Below are positions 1-10,408 of a stretch of DNA of 64,000 bases, one piece after another. Numbering within the stretch: position 1 is the first letter of the stretch; every line of letters begins with the position of its first letter. The position numbers and the translations under genes were made by a program. Origin of the DNA: an uncultured Nitrospiraceae bacterium (GTDB taxonomy: Bacteria > Nitrospirota > Nitrospiria > Nitrospirales > Nitrospiraceae); contig CAVSTP010000004.1 of NCBI GenBank assembly GCA_963730935.1, positions 640,001 through 704,000 on the forward strand. Direction: 5' to 3'. The notes beneath the pieces were generated by a model. The model was not told where the DNA came from. It did no database searches and was given only the letters and a program-made list of their open reading frames with translations.

Positions 1-231
1 TTCTAGACGGCTGGACCGACGCAGCTCAACGGCAAGGGTGACGATGCGTGTGGACTCGCGCGTTTCCTAGTCAGCGAATTCCGAGGCGAAATCACGCGCG
101 AGGACAGGTTGTCCCCGCTGCGCAGTGTCCTTCCGCTTAATATGGATGAGTTGGACCATGAATTCTTTTCAACCCGCAGAATAGTTGTTGTTGTTCATAG
201 ACATGCCTGGATGCTGCGCGTTTCATGACAC

Positions 232-247
232 CGGTACGATATGTGCT
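232..247 (+). promoter_or_regulatory. Putative sigma-54 (-24/-12) promoter
   Basis: CGGTACGATATGTGCT has GG-N10-GC spacing and lies ~70 nt upstream of the RBS and ATG at 320. Confidence 0.45.
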
Positions 248-319
248 TTGAGCAGTATTCTCGGTGTACCACTCAAAGACTCACGGGCCAGTCCTTACAC
301 ATGACGGAAGGAGGGTGAC

Positions 320-1891
320 ATGAAATCGCCGACACTGCCGGTCTGCATCGCCATACTTGTCCTTGCCGGCTGCAGCCACACCATTCCCGAAACCGCAACC
401 AAACCGCAGGCGCCGCCTCAACTCGGAAAAACACCTCCGGTCATCCAGCCGCTGAGCGCCGGTCAAAAACAGGCGCAGGCTCCCGAGTCATTATTGCCGG
501 TGACGATGACGGCCGACCTCACGCCGGTGCAGAAGACGATCCAAGCGGCATTGCCCGAACGATTTACCGAAGAGCACCATCCGCTCAGCAGCGACTATCG
601 CTGGCGGTTTATCCGTGAAGGCGAGCCTCAGGTGCAGATTCAAGACGGGCTAGTGAAATTCAATGCGACCTACCGAGGAGAGATTGAATCCACCGCCGCC
701 CGCGCCTGCCGGCTGGATCCGCTCTACACCGTGCTCGAAGGCACAGGACATCTTGCGATGCGTGAACAGGAGCAGGGACTGCTCGTGACGATGAGCGATC
801 CACAGACTTCATTCAGTCTGAAGCCGGAAAGCGATACCAAGTGCAACATGTTCAATATGCCGGTGCAGGATCAACTCGCCGAACTCTTCAAACAGGAAGC
901 GGTGAAACAGCAGATCACCCAGTCGATCGAAGAGGCGGGCTACATCATCCCGTTGAATCTGGTCTGGGACCGGCTGCAGGAGGCTATACCAGTCGGGTCG
1001 GCCAACAACAAACTGTGCTTCTACGGAAAGGCCAAGGATTTTGCGATCGGCTCCATGAAGGGCCCTGCCCAGAACACGACGATCACCGGCGTGGTCCGGC
1101 AAACGCCGGTCGCGCTGTATCAGACGCCCTGTCAAAAGGCAACCGCGGCACCCCTTAAGGTTCATATGGACAACTCGGCGGCTGCGCTGCAGGAGGGCCA
1201 GCCCTATAAACTGCTGCTTTCGGTCCCGGTGCCCTATGCCGTTCTCAATCAACAATTACAAGAGAAGTTGTATCACCAGGAGGCACACCTTCCGACCACC
1301 CTAGGCAGCACGCTCGTCATCGAACGCGTCGTCGCCTCTGACGTCAACGGCCGTACTTTGCTCGCCGTCGATACGAGCGACGCCGTCAAGGGCACGCTGT
1401 ATTATTGGGGGACACCGCAGTTGGAACACGAGGGGAACATCATCACGATCCCCGACCTTCAGATCGCCAATGAAACTAAAATGGCCCTCGAGGAAATCAA
1501 GTCAGGCTATTGGCAGATGGTGAACGACGAGCTGCAACCGCGCTTGCGGCAAGCGTCGACCATTGACCTGACGCAGCGGATCGGCAGCATGAAACAAGCC
1601 CTGAGCGGCCAACACAAGTCGGGCGGATTGAACATGGATCTGCTGTTCGCGAAACAGGAAGCGAGCCAGGTCGTCAGCACCAAGGACGCCTTGGTCGCCG
1701 ACGTGTTGCTCGAAGGCACGGCCAGTGCCGCCAGCCGGCTGCCGGTGAAGCAAGCGTCGCGCACCGACGTGATCCAACCGGTGGCTGTCGACAAAGCCGC
1801 GCCCGTCGACAAATCGGCGACGATACAAAAGTCCCCGGCGAATGAAAAGTCGCCGAAGGAAGCGCGCGTTCCCGAAGAAGAACGGCGGTAG
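320..1891 (+). CDS. DUF4403-like lipoprotein
   Basis: 523-aa ORF with GGAGG RBS, signal peptide with lipobox (LAGC), and a two-part beta-rich body like DUF4403. Confidence 0.6.
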   Translation: MKSPTLPVCIAILVLAGCSHTIPETATKPQAPPQLGKTPPVIQPLSAGQKQAQAPESLLPVTMTADLTPVQKTIQAALPERFTEEHHPLSSDYRWRFIREGEPQVQIQDGLVKFNATYRGEIESTAARACRLDPLYTVLEGTGHLAMREQEQGLLVTMSDPQTSFSLKPESDTKCNMFNMPVQDQLAELFKQEAVKQQITQSIEEAGYIIPLNLVWDRLQEAIPVGSANNKLCFYGKAKDFAIGSMKGPAQNTTITGVVRQTPVALYQTPCQKATAAPLKVHMDNSAAALQEGQPYKLLLSVPVPYAVLNQQLQEKLYHQEAHLPTTLGSTLVIERVVASDVNGRTLLAVDTSDAVKGTLYYWGTPQLEHEGNIITIPDLQIANETKMALEEIKSGYWQMVNDELQPRLRQASTIDLTQRIGSMKQALSGQHKSGGLNMDLLFAKQEASQVVSTKDALVADVLLEGTASAASRLPVKQASRTDVIQPVAVDKAAPVDKSATIQKSPANEKSPKEARVPEEERR

Positions 1892-1906
1892 GTCCTTCCC
1901 GTCCTT

Positions 1907-1931
1907 GAGGGAGGTCGGTCCGACCTCCCTC
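1907..1931. terminator. Hairpin between convergent genes, possibly a bidirectional terminator
   Basis: GAGGGAGGTCGG / CCGACCTCCCTC inverted repeat followed by TTGTTTT. Confidence 0.65.
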
Positions 1932-1936
1932 TTGTT

Positions 1937-2908
1937 TTACCAGGCATAGGCTTCCGGGGCCGGTCCACCCGGCCCCGGGAACAGTTCGTCCATCCGCTTC
2001 AAGGTCTCTGCGCCCAACGTGAGATTCATCACGCGCATCGTGCCGTCCAACTGTTCCAGCGTCCGAGGACCGATGATCGGAGACGTCACGGCGGGTTGAT
2101 GCAGCAGCCACGCCAGCGCCACATCGGCCTGGCGCTCACCAAGTTCCTGGCAGAGCCGTTCGAACGCTTCGAGTTTCGCGCGGTGCTTCTGCACCGTCTG
2201 TTGGAGATCTTGATCGGCGCGCCGGCCGACGGTCGCGGGAGTTAAGGCGCCGGCCAGCAACCCTCGAGCGAGCGGACTCCAGGGAATGAGCCCGATGCCA
2301 TACGCTATACAGGCCGGAATGACTTCGAGTTCGATCGTCCTCTCGGTCAGATTGTAGAGACTCTGCTCAGAGACGATGCCGAGGAAGTGACGGCTGCGGG
2401 CGAGCTCCTGCCCCTGCGCCAGCTGCCACCCGGCAAAATTGCTGGTGCCGGCATACAGAATCTTCCCCTCCCGCACCAACTGCTCCATAGCCTGCCAGAT
2501 TTCGTCCCAGGGCGTCTCGCGGTCGACATGGTGCATCTGGTACAGATCGATGCAGTCCGTCTGAAGACGCCGCAAACTCGCTTCACAGGCGCGCTTGATG
2601 TGCAACGCCGAGAGCCGCGATGCATTCGGCCAATCCCCCATTCGACCGTACACCTTGGTCGCGAGCACGACCTTCTCCCGTCGCCCGCTGCCCTGCGCAA
2701 ACCAACGCCCGAGAATCTGTTCGGTCCATCCCTCTCCAAGCTTCCACCCGTAGACGTTCGCCGTGTCGAAAAAGTTCAATCCCAGCTCCAGCGCACGGTC
2801 CATGATCGCAAAACCGTCCGCTTCGGTGCTTTCCGGTCCAAAATTCATGGTGCCGAGACAGAGCCGGCTCACCTTGACGCCCGAGCGCCCGAGTTGTACG
2901 TATTGCAT
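1937..2908 (-). CDS. Aldo/keto reductase
   Basis: MQYVQLGRSGVKVSRLCLGTMNF, FDTANVYG, IDLYQMH and PWSPLARG motifs; start moved to the ATG at 2908. Confidence 0.92.
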   Translation of the reverse strand: MQYVQLGRSGVKVSRLCLGTMNFGPESTEADGFAIMDRALELGLNFFDTANVYGWKLGEGWTEQILGRWFAQGSGRREKVVLATKVYGRMGDWPNASRLSALHIKRACEASLRRLQTDCIDLYQMHHVDRETPWDEIWQAMEQLVREGKILYAGTSNFAGWQLAQGQELARSRHFLGIVSEQSLYNLTERTIELEVIPACIAYGIGLIPWSPLARGLLAGALTPATVGRRADQDLQQTVQKHRAKLEAFERLCQELGERQADVALAWLLHQPAVTSPIIGPRTLEQLDGTMRVMNLTLGAETLKRMDELFPGPGGPAPEAYAW

Positions 2909-2927
2909 GGCCCCACTCTCCTCAGCG

Positions 2928-3773
2928 TCAGATGCCGATCGTCTCGATGCGTTCGACCTCGTCCGGCGTGAGCGTGAACTGATCGGCCCGCAGATCGTCC
3001 GCCATGTGCTGGGCATTCGTGGTGCCCGTCAACGGGACCATGCCGATCTGCATGGCGAACCGAAAGACTACTTGTGCCACGCCGGTGCCGTATGTTTCAG
3101 CCATGGCGCGAATGGCGGGGTCGATAAAGACTTCCCTGTTTGCGGTGAGCAGCGAGAAGCCTTGGTACACAATGCCCTGAGTGCGACACAGATCGCGCAC
3201 AGCTTTGTCCCACCCGAAGGCCGCATAGCAACGATTTTGGACGACCATTGGACGATGCGCCGCCCGATCACACAGGAGCGCGAGTTGGCCTGCCGAGACG
3301 TTGCTGACCCCGATCAGTTTCGTCCTGCCGCTTGTGTACAGCGATTCAATGGCCGCCCACACCTCCCAATCCTCCGGTCCCAAGCCGCCGCGATGATACG
3401 GACCGTGCAGGACGTAGGAATCGAGATAGTCGGTGTGAAGATGGGCCAGTGAACTTTCAAAAGATTGCAGGACCTGGGCGGTGATGCTGGCGGTGACATC
3501 ATAGGGCGTGCGGTGGTCCTGTCCATTGACGGGCGTGAATTTAGTTTGGAGGAACAATCCGTCGCGTGCCACGCCTTCCTCGCGCAAGCGCAGCAGCGCC
3601 TCCCCCACCAGCGTCTCGTCATAGTGAATCAGCTGGTTTGCCGTGTCGATCGCCGTGAAGCCCGCCTTGACGGCTTCGAGCACGAGCGGCGTGGTGGCCT
3701 CCTTCTTCCAGGCAGTTCCATACATGAATCCAGGAATCGTGACCCCATTGTAGCTCGTCATGGTCATGGCCAT
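2928..3773 (-). CDS. Aldo/keto reductase
   Basis: YGTAWK, IDTA, LQTKF, YLDSYVLH and IGVSN motifs; start uncertain. Confidence 0.88.
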   Translation of the reverse strand: MAMTMTSYNGVTIPGFMYGTAWKKEATTPLVLEAVKAGFTAIDTANQLIHYDETLVGEALLRLREEGVARDGLFLQTKFTPVNGQDHRTPYDVTASITAQVLQSFESSLAHLHTDYLDSYVLHGPYHRGGLGPEDWEVWAAIESLYTSGRTKLIGVSNVSAGQLALLCDRAAHRPMVVQNRCYAAFGWDKAVRDLCRTQGIVYQGFSLLTANREVFIDPAIRAMAETYGTGVAQVVFRFAMQIGMVPLTGTTNAQHMADDLRADQFTLTPDEVERIETIGI

Positions 3774-3861
3774 GGCCCAGTCGTCCTCCTTGCGCTGCTG
3801 CTTCCTCACCATACACAGTTCCCTGTCGCAGTCTCAACGTGAGAATTGGTACAGTGCGGTC

Positions 3862-4185
3862 ATGGATTCTGACCATCAGATCGTCGAGTTGCGGATGAGT
3901 TATCGGTATGCCAAGCAGCATCCATGGGTGGTCCAAGCCGTCAACGGCTTTCTGTCGGCCTATTTCATGGAGCAGCCGGGCTTTCGTGTGCAGCGACACT
4001 TTGATGAGTTGGAATCCGGCATGCATGTCTGGCTGTGCGAAGTACCGGAAGCGAAGACGATGAGTCGGTTGCTGCGGCGCCTGAAAGCGGATCTGCCCGC
4101 CTTCCGTCACACGGAACATCAGGCGACCACCGGCTCGCGGCCGCAGTACATGATTGATTGTCCAGAGCCCTCTCCAACCGGCTAA
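3862..4185 (+). CDS. Hypothetical protein
   Basis: 107-aa ORF with protein-like composition filling the gap before the lysine operon. Confidence 0.6.
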   Translation: MDSDHQIVELRMSYRYAKQHPWVVQAVNGFLSAYFMEQPGFRVQRHFDELESGMHVWLCEVPEAKTMSRLLRRLKADLPAFRHTEHQATTGSRPQYMIDCPEPSPTG

Positions 4186-4266
4186 GGTTTCAGGCCGTCA
4201 GAATTTGCCGGAGACGTGTCCAAATGCCGGGAGAATAGTATACTGAGGAGACGGGAGGTGTGTGCG

Positions 4267-5355
4267 ATGCCTCGGGTGCTCGTGCTCGGCGCAGGAAAGA
4301 TCGGCTCGCTGGTCGCCTGCCTGCTCTCCCAGCAAGGCAGCTACGACGTCCATCTAGGGGACGTAACGCTCGATACCCCGAAGCATTTGGTGGAAGACCT
4401 TGGTCTTTCCCGCGTCACACCCGCAGTTCTCGACGTGAGGGAGGGAGAAGCGGTCGCAACCTATCTGAGCGCGCATCCGGTCGACGCGATCATCTCGAGC
4501 CTGCCCTACTTTTGCAATCCGACCGTTGCCACGCTGGCCTTGAAGCACGGCTGCCACTATTTCGATCTGACGGAGGATGTCGAGGTCACCGATCAGATCC
4601 GGACGATGGCCGAGGGCGCGGCGCATGCCTTCATGCCGCAGTGTGGTCTGGCCCCTGGCTTCATCAGCGTCGTCACACACGACCTCATGACGCATTTCGA
4701 AACATTGGACCACGTCAAGATGCGCGTGGGCGCGCTCCCCGTGCACCCCAGCAATGCGCTCAAATATTCGCTGACCTGGTCCACCGACGGCCTGATCAAT
4801 GAATACGGCAATCTCTGCTACGGCATCGAAGAAGGCCGCAAGATTCCCCTGCAGCCCCTGGAAGGCTACGAGACGATCGAGCTGGACGGACTCTTGTACG
4901 AGGCTTTCAATACGTCGGGCGGGTTGGGCACGCTGGCCGACACCTCAGTGGGGCGCGTGAAAACGATGAACTATAAAACCTTGCGCTATCCCGGTCACTG
5001 CGAAAAAATCCACCTGCTGATGAAGGATCTCCGGCTCAACGAAGACCGCAAGACGCTCAAGCGGGTGCTTGAGCACGCGATTCCACAGACATTGCAAGAT
5101 GTCGTGCTGATCTATGCGTCGGTGACCGGAACGAAACAGGGCGAATTTTTCGAAGAAAGCTACGTCAAGAAAGTCTATCCCCAATGCATCAAAGGTAAGC
5201 TCTGGTCGGCCATCCAGGTGACTACCGCCTCGAGCGTCTGCTGCGTCATGGACCTCGTGCTGCGGCATCCCCACGCCCCCCGTGGCTTCGTCACGCAGGA
5301 ATCGATTCCCTTGAAAGATTTTCTGGCCAACGACTTTGGAGTCTATTACCGATGA
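4267..5355 (+). CDS. Saccharopine dehydrogenase family / lysine 6-dehydrogenase
   Basis: GAGKIG Rossmann motif, HYFDLTED, CGLAPG, TWSTDGLINEY and YKTLRYPGH. Confidence 0.88.
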   Translation: MPRVLVLGAGKIGSLVACLLSQQGSYDVHLGDVTLDTPKHLVEDLGLSRVTPAVLDVREGEAVATYLSAHPVDAIISSLPYFCNPTVATLALKHGCHYFDLTEDVEVTDQIRTMAEGAAHAFMPQCGLAPGFISVVTHDLMTHFETLDHVKMRVGALPVHPSNALKYSLTWSTDGLINEYGNLCYGIEEGRKIPLQPLEGYETIELDGLLYEAFNTSGGLGTLADTSVGRVKTMNYKTLRYPGHCEKIHLLMKDLRLNEDRKTLKRVLEHAIPQTLQDVVLIYASVTGTKQGEFFEESYVKKVYPQCIKGKLWSAIQVTTASSVCCVMDLVLRHPHAPRGFVTQESIPLKDFLANDFGVYYR

Positions 5356-6881
5356 GTACCATCCATGCCGCGCTCAAAGCGCTCGGCATTCAGGCCGTGA
5401 ATTCGGGAGGCAGCACGGGCAAACACTGGTGGTCCGATCATGCGGCCCGCTCGTTGCTCCAGTCCGTCAACCCGGCGACCGGCGAAGCCATTGCTGCGGT
5501 CCGATCCTGCACGGCCCAAGACTATGAGCACATCGTGGCGCAGGTCTGCGAAACGTTCACGACATGGCGCACGGTCCCTGCGCCGAAGCGGGGCGAGTTG
5601 GTTCGTCTGATCGGCCAGGCCTTGCGGGAAAAAAAGGACCAGCTCGGCACACTCGTATCGCTCGAGGTCGGAAAGATCAAGGCCGAGGGCGACGGCGAAG
5701 TACAGGAAATGATCGACATGGCCGACTTCGCCGTCGGGCAATCGCGCATGCTCTACGGCGCGACGATGCAGTCTGAACGGCCCGCTCATCGGATGAGCGA
5801 ACAGTGGCATCCCCTCGGACCGGTCGGTGTCATCACCGCCTTCAACTTTCCGGTGGCGGTCTGGGCCTGGAATGCGTTTCTCGCCGCCATCGCCGGTGAC
5901 CCCGTCATCTGGAAACCCTCGCCGAAAGCGCCGCTGTGCGCCATTGCAGTGCAGCAGATCTGCAACCAGGTCATGGAGCAGCAGGGGTACTCGGGCATTT
6001 TTTCGCTGTTCATCACCGATCAGCCGTCGCTGGCCGAGACCATGGTCCGCGATCCCCGGTTGCCCTTGATCTCGTTCACCGGATCCGTTCCCGTGGGCCG
6101 GCACGTGGCCGCGCTGGTCGGCCAGCGGCTGGGCCGCACACTCCTCGAGCTGAGCGGCAACAATGCCGTCATCGTCGATGACAGTGCGGACATGGATCTG
6201 GCCGTTCGGGCCATCGTCTTCGGTGCGGTCGGGACCGCCGGTCAGCGGTGCACGACGACCCGGCGGGTGCTCGTTCATGAGTCCTGCGCGGATGAGTTGC
6301 TCGACCGCCTGGTCAAAGCCTATAAGCAAGTGCGCATCGGCAATCCGCTGGATGCGGACGTGCTGCTGGGCCCGCTCATCGATCACGTCGCCGTCGAGAC
6401 CTACCGTGCCGCGATCGACGAGATCAAGAAGGAAGGCGGCGAGATCGTCCACGGAGGCCGCGTGTTGAGCCGTCCGGGCTACTTTGTGGAGCCGACGATC
6501 GTGCGAGCCAAACCGCAGTGGCCTCTGGTGCAACGGGAGACCTTTGCACCGATTCTCTATGTCATGACCTACCGGACGCTCGACGAAGCGTTGGCCATCC
6601 AGAACGGGGTCCCGCAAGGCTTGTCGTCGGCGATCTTCACGAATAATTTGCGGCACGGCGAACGGTTTGTGTCAGCGTCGGGCAGCGACTGCGGCATCGC
6701 GAACATCAATATCGGAACCTCCGGAGCGGAAATCGGCGGGGCCTTCGGGGGCGAGAAGGAGACCGGCGGCGGCCGGGAAGCCGGATCCGACGCCTGGAAA
6801 GCGTACATGCGGCGGCAAACCAACACGGTCAATTGGGGCACCGATCTACCCTTGGCACAAGGCATTAAATTCGGCTCCTAA
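5352..6881 (+). CDS. Aldehyde dehydrogenase, ALDH7 family (aminoadipate-semialdehyde / piperideine-6-carboxylate dehydrogenase)
   Basis: AFNFP, FTGS, LELSGNN, GTAGQRCT and GAEIGGAFGGEKETGGGRE; overlaps the upstream gene at ATGA. Confidence 0.9.
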   Translation: MSTIHAALKALGIQAVNSGGSTGKHWWSDHAARSLLQSVNPATGEAIAAVRSCTAQDYEHIVAQVCETFTTWRTVPAPKRGELVRLIGQALREKKDQLGTLVSLEVGKIKAEGDGEVQEMIDMADFAVGQSRMLYGATMQSERPAHRMSEQWHPLGPVGVITAFNFPVAVWAWNAFLAAIAGDPVIWKPSPKAPLCAIAVQQICNQVMEQQGYSGIFSLFITDQPSLAETMVRDPRLPLISFTGSVPVGRHVAALVGQRLGRTLLELSGNNAVIVDDSADMDLAVRAIVFGAVGTAGQRCTTTRRVLVHESCADELLDRLVKAYKQVRIGNPLDADVLLGPLIDHVAVETYRAAIDEIKKEGGEIVHGGRVLSRPGYFVEPTIVRAKPQWPLVQRETFAPILYVMTYRTLDEALAIQNGVPQGLSSAIFTNNLRHGERFVSASGSDCGIANINIGTSGAEIGGAFGGEKETGGGREAGSDAWKAYMRRQTNTVNWGTDLPLAQGIKFGS

Positions 6882-6905
6882 CCTTGGTGGAAGAGGACGG
6901 GCGCT

Positions 6906-7502
6906 ATGGATATGAACCGCGAGCTCGATGGGTTGCTAGAACGGATGGTGACGGAGTATGTGGCACGCAACCGGGCGGCGAAAATCCTGAGAGGCTTGCT
7001 CGAGGAGGCCGGTGTGGGGTTTTACCCGGTCGTCGATCACGTGACATTGCGCACGCTGGACATCGACCGGCGCGCTGAGGCGTTCGTCACACTCGGGTAT
7101 ACCTATGATGAAACCTTGCAGTACGACGACTGGTACGCGAAGGTGTACCGGAAGACTGGCTATCCGGCCCTCTTCGTGGATCAAGCCTATGCGGACACCC
7201 GGGGGAAAACCAGCATCATCCCGGGATGGGTGGCCGCCTTCGGCGACCAGGTCTTTCACCATGTGGCGGTGCGCGTCGAGGATATCGACCGGGCGGTCTC
7301 CCGGCTGAAGAGCAACGGCGTGGAGTTTGCGGGTAGCGTCGTCGGCCCCGCCGGCGGCCAACTCCGTCAGATTTTTTCAGCCCCAGAAATGGTGAGTGGA
7401 CAGCCGTTCACAGTGCTCGAACTTGCAGAGCGGCATCGCGGCTATCAGGGGTTCCTCCCGCCGCAAGCCGACAGCTTGATGAAGTCGACCGCTCCGCAGT
7501 GA
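6906..7502 (+). CDS. VOC-fold metalloenzyme, DUF1338/HglS-like
   Basis: DHVTLRT, HHVAVRV and ELAERH..YQGF..QAD motifs give a His-His-Glu triad; third gene of the operon. Confidence 0.6.
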   Translation: MDMNRELDGLLERMVTEYVARNRAAKILRGLLEEAGVGFYPVVDHVTLRTLDIDRRAEAFVTLGYTYDETLQYDDWYAKVYRKTGYPALFVDQAYADTRGKTSIIPGWVAAFGDQVFHHVAVRVEDIDRAVSRLKSNGVEFAGSVVGPAGGQLRQIFSAPEMVSGQPFTVLELAERHRGYQGFLPPQADSLMKSTAPQ

Positions 7503-7505
7503 GCG

Positions 7506-8645
7506 TCAAGCGGAGTGGGATGCAGACTGCACGCGCGCATCAACCGGCTTCAGGAAGGCTGGGCCTTCAATGGGGAGCCGGATCTCGAACGTCGTGCCCA
7601 GGCCCGGCTCGCTCTCCACGGTGATGCGTCCCCCGTGCATGTCGACGACGTCCTTGACGATCTTTGTGCCCAGTCCCGTCCCGCCGGTCTTATTACTCAC
7701 CAGACGATTCGTGAACAGATGGTCCCGTATCTCGGCAGACATACCATTACCCGTGTCCGTCACGCGGAGCCGGATGCAATCGTCCCCGGCCTCGTGGAAC
7801 CCGCCGATCGTGACGAGGCCGTGAGACGGCACCTCGGGGATCGCATTATTGACGAGATTATAGAGCAGTGAATACAGCCGCGCTTCATCTCCGGCGATCG
7901 CCGGCAACCCCTGCAATCCCTCCATGCGCAGTGTGACCTGTCGCTGTTCTGCGGCCGAGCGCAAGGACTTGACGACGCTCTCGGCGATCTTGCCGATGAC
8001 GCAGGGTTCGAACTTTTGCGAGACACGCGTCACCGCCGCATAATCGGCGATCGCCTTCATGCGGTCCTGAATGCGGCGGGAGGTGTTGCGGAACATCGTG
8101 ATCACCTCCTCGCATGCCGAGTGGCTTTGTTCGGCACGCGCCCGCTCCATCGTCGGTAGGTGGCGGAAGACATCGTCAATCTCTTCGGCGAGGAGATCGG
8201 TGCCGACGACCAGCGGCATCAGAAGATTTTTGACGTCGTGCGTAATCTCTCCCATCAGCTTCGTGATCTCCACCCGCTGACCCATCCGATCGATGATCGT
8301 GGACACCGTTTGGTCGATCTGACCCTGTTCGAAGGGCTTGGTGATGAAATCGACGGCGCCTTCCTTCATCGCCTCGACCGCGAGCCGAATGGTGCCGTAG
8401 GCCGTCACGACGACGATCGGCAGGTTCGGCCACCGTTTTCTAATCAGTTTGAGCGCTTCGATCCCGTTGAGACGGGGCATCGAGACGTCGAGAAACGCCA
8501 GATCTAGCGCATGCGCTTCGACGGCCGCGAGCGCCGCCTGGCCATCGGCCGCGGTGACGACCTCATGGCCGAGCCAGCGCAATCGTTCCGAGAGACTCAT
8601 GCTGATATCGGGATCGTCGTCGGCGACCAGTATGCGAATAGCCAT
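7506..8645 (-). CDS. Hybrid response regulator / histidine kinase
   Basis: N-terminal REC domain (ADDD, LDVSMP, ITKP), H-box THDVKNLL, N-box NLVNNA and GTGLG. Confidence 0.92.
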   Translation of the reverse strand: MAIRILVADDDPDISMSLSERLRWLGHEVVTAADGQAALAAVEAHALDLAFLDVSMPRLNGIEALKLIRKRWPNLPIVVVTAYGTIRLAVEAMKEGAVDFITKPFEQGQIDQTVSTIIDRMGQRVEITKLMGEITHDVKNLLMPLVVGTDLLAEEIDDVFRHLPTMERARAEQSHSACEEVITMFRNTSRRIQDRMKAIADYAAVTRVSQKFEPCVIGKIAESVVKSLRSAAEQRQVTLRMEGLQGLPAIAGDEARLYSLLYNLVNNAIPEVPSHGLVTIGGFHEAGDDCIRLRVTDTGNGMSAEIRDHLFTNRLVSNKTGGTGLGTKIVKDVVDMHGGRITVESEPGLGTTFEIRLPIEGPAFLKPVDARVQSASHSA

Positions 8646-8788
8646 GGCGTTCCTCCTGCGAGCGGTAACTCAGCAAGAAATGCGCCATTTTTCTCGACAC
8701 AGATTTTCAACGGTTTGAGCGGAAAGGCCTGAAGAACCAACGCCTTAACTGGATCAGTTTAGATGGAGGCCGGATCAAAATGGATTCG

Positions 8789-10408
8789 CTAGCCCATGTC
8801 TTTCAAGATGTGGTCGGGATTCCGATCATGGCCAATGCTCTTCATGAGGGCGTCTTGAAACAGCACGACCACCCGCCCGCGCTGGTCCTTCACGATCATG
8901 GAGGTGGAAGGCGCCTTGAAGGTGGCCGGGTCGCCCTCCAGCCAGGCACTACATGTGAAGGGCAACGCATCGAGCACGGTCTCCACGCGATATTCATGAC
9001 GCAGCCGGTATTGCAACACATCGAACTGCAACCGGCCGACGGCGGCGACCAGCGATTCCAGATCGTTGAGACTGCGCATGATTTGCACCGTGCCTTCCTG
9101 CGCCATCTGTTCGATCCCTCTGTCGAACGCCTTGCGCTTGCCGACGTCGGTCGGCCTGATGCGAGCGAAGATCTCCGGCTGAAATTGCGGCAACGGCTTG
9201 AAGGCAAAGCCGCCGGTTGTCGAAATCGTGTCGCCGATGGCAAAGACGCCGGGATTGATGATGCCGATGATGTCGCCGGGAAATGCCTCCTCGACTGTGG
9301 CGCGTTCCTGCGCGACGAGGCTGTGCGGCCTGGACAGACGGATGTCGCGCCCCAGTCGCCGATGCTTCACCACCATATCCCGCTCGAAACGACCCGAGCA
9401 GACGCGGAGGAACGCCGTGCTGTCGCGATGCTTGGGGTTCATGTTGGCCTGTAGTTTGAAGACGTAGGCGCTGAACGGCCGTTCAATCGGATCTATGGCC
9501 AGTTCGCTTCCATCATCGCCATCGGCCGGGCGTGCGCCGGGAGAAGGCGCCAGACGCACGAACGCGTCCAGGAAGCTTTCCACGCCGAAATTCGTCAGCG
9601 CCGACCCGAAAAATACCGGCGTCACGTCTCCGTCTAAAAATTGTTCGTGCGAAAGCGGATTGCCGGCAATGGCCAGCAGTTCCAAATCGTGCTGGACCTG
9701 CCCCATGACGTCCGCGGACACGCGCCCGCTTGCAGCCAGGTCTGCCAGTGCCATCGTCTGCACGTCGACTTTCGTGGCGCCACCGTGTGCGGTCTTACTG
9801 AAGAGCGCCACGCGGTTGTCATCGCGCATCACGATGCCCGCAAAGTCGCTACCCGATCCGATCGGCCAGTTCACGGCGCTGGCATGAATCGTCAAAGCTT
9901 GCTCCACCTCAGTCATCAAGTCCAAGGGCGGACGCCCGGGAAGGTCCATCTTGTTCACGAACGTCAACACCGGAATGCGGCGGAGGCGACAGACGGCAAA
10001 GAGCTTCCGCGTCTGCGTTTCGACACCTTTCGCTGCATCGATGACCATAATGGCGCTGTCGGCGGCCGTCAGCGTCCGGTAGGTGTCTTCCGAAAAGTCC
10101 TGGTGTCCCGGGGTGTCGAGAAGATTGATCACGGCATCTTTGTAGGGAAACTGCATCGCAGAGGCGGTAATGGAGATACCCCGCTCCTGTTCCATGCCCA
10201 TCCAGTCGGAGGCCGCCGTCTTGCCCCCTTTGCGCCCGCGCACCATCCCGGCCGTCCGGATCAACCCCGAGTACAGGAGGAGCTTCTCCGTCAACGTCGT
10301 TTTCCCGGCGTCCGGGTGACTGATGATGGCGAACGTCCGGCGCTTGGCCGTGGCGGCTGCCAATTCACTCTGTTCAGTTGAGGCCGTGCGCATGCTGTCG
10401 CGCAGCAT
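8789..10408 (-). CDS. prfC: Peptide chain release factor 3
   Basis: RRTFAIISHPDAGKTTLTEKLL, DTPGHQDFSEDTYRTL, NKMD and KLQANMNPKHRD. Confidence 0.96.
   Translation of the reverse strand: MLRDSMRTASTEQSELAAATAKRRTFAIISHPDAGKTTLTEKLLLYSGLIRTAGMVRGRKGGKTAASDWMGMEQERGISITASAMQFPYKDAVINLLDTPGHQDFSEDTYRTLTAADSAIMVIDAAKGVETQTRKLFAVCRLRRIPVLTFVNKMDLPGRPPLDLMTEVEQALTIHASAVNWPIGSGSDFAGIVMRDDNRVALFSKTAHGGATKVDVQTMALADLAASGRVSADVMGQVQHDLELLAIAGNPLSHEQFLDGDVTPVFFGSALTNFGVESFLDAFVRLAPSPGARPADGDDGSELAIDPIERPFSAYVFKLQANMNPKHRDSTAFLRVCSGRFERDMVVKHRRLGRDIRLSRPHSLVAQERATVEEAFPGDIIGIINPGVFAIGDTISTTGGFAFKPLPQFQPEIFARIRPTDVGKRKAFDRGIEQMAQEGTVQIMRSLNDLESLVAAVGRLQFDVLQYRLRHEYRVETVLDALPFTCSAWLEGDPATFKAPSTSMIVKDQRGRVVVLFQDALMKSIGHDRNPDHILKDMG

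Noticed and set aside
5346..6656. Long antisense ORFs (also 13401-14408, 40405-41508, 49269-50519, and the same-strand alternate frame 60528-61730)
   Set aside because: Shadow frames of well-supported genes, as expected in GC-rich DNA
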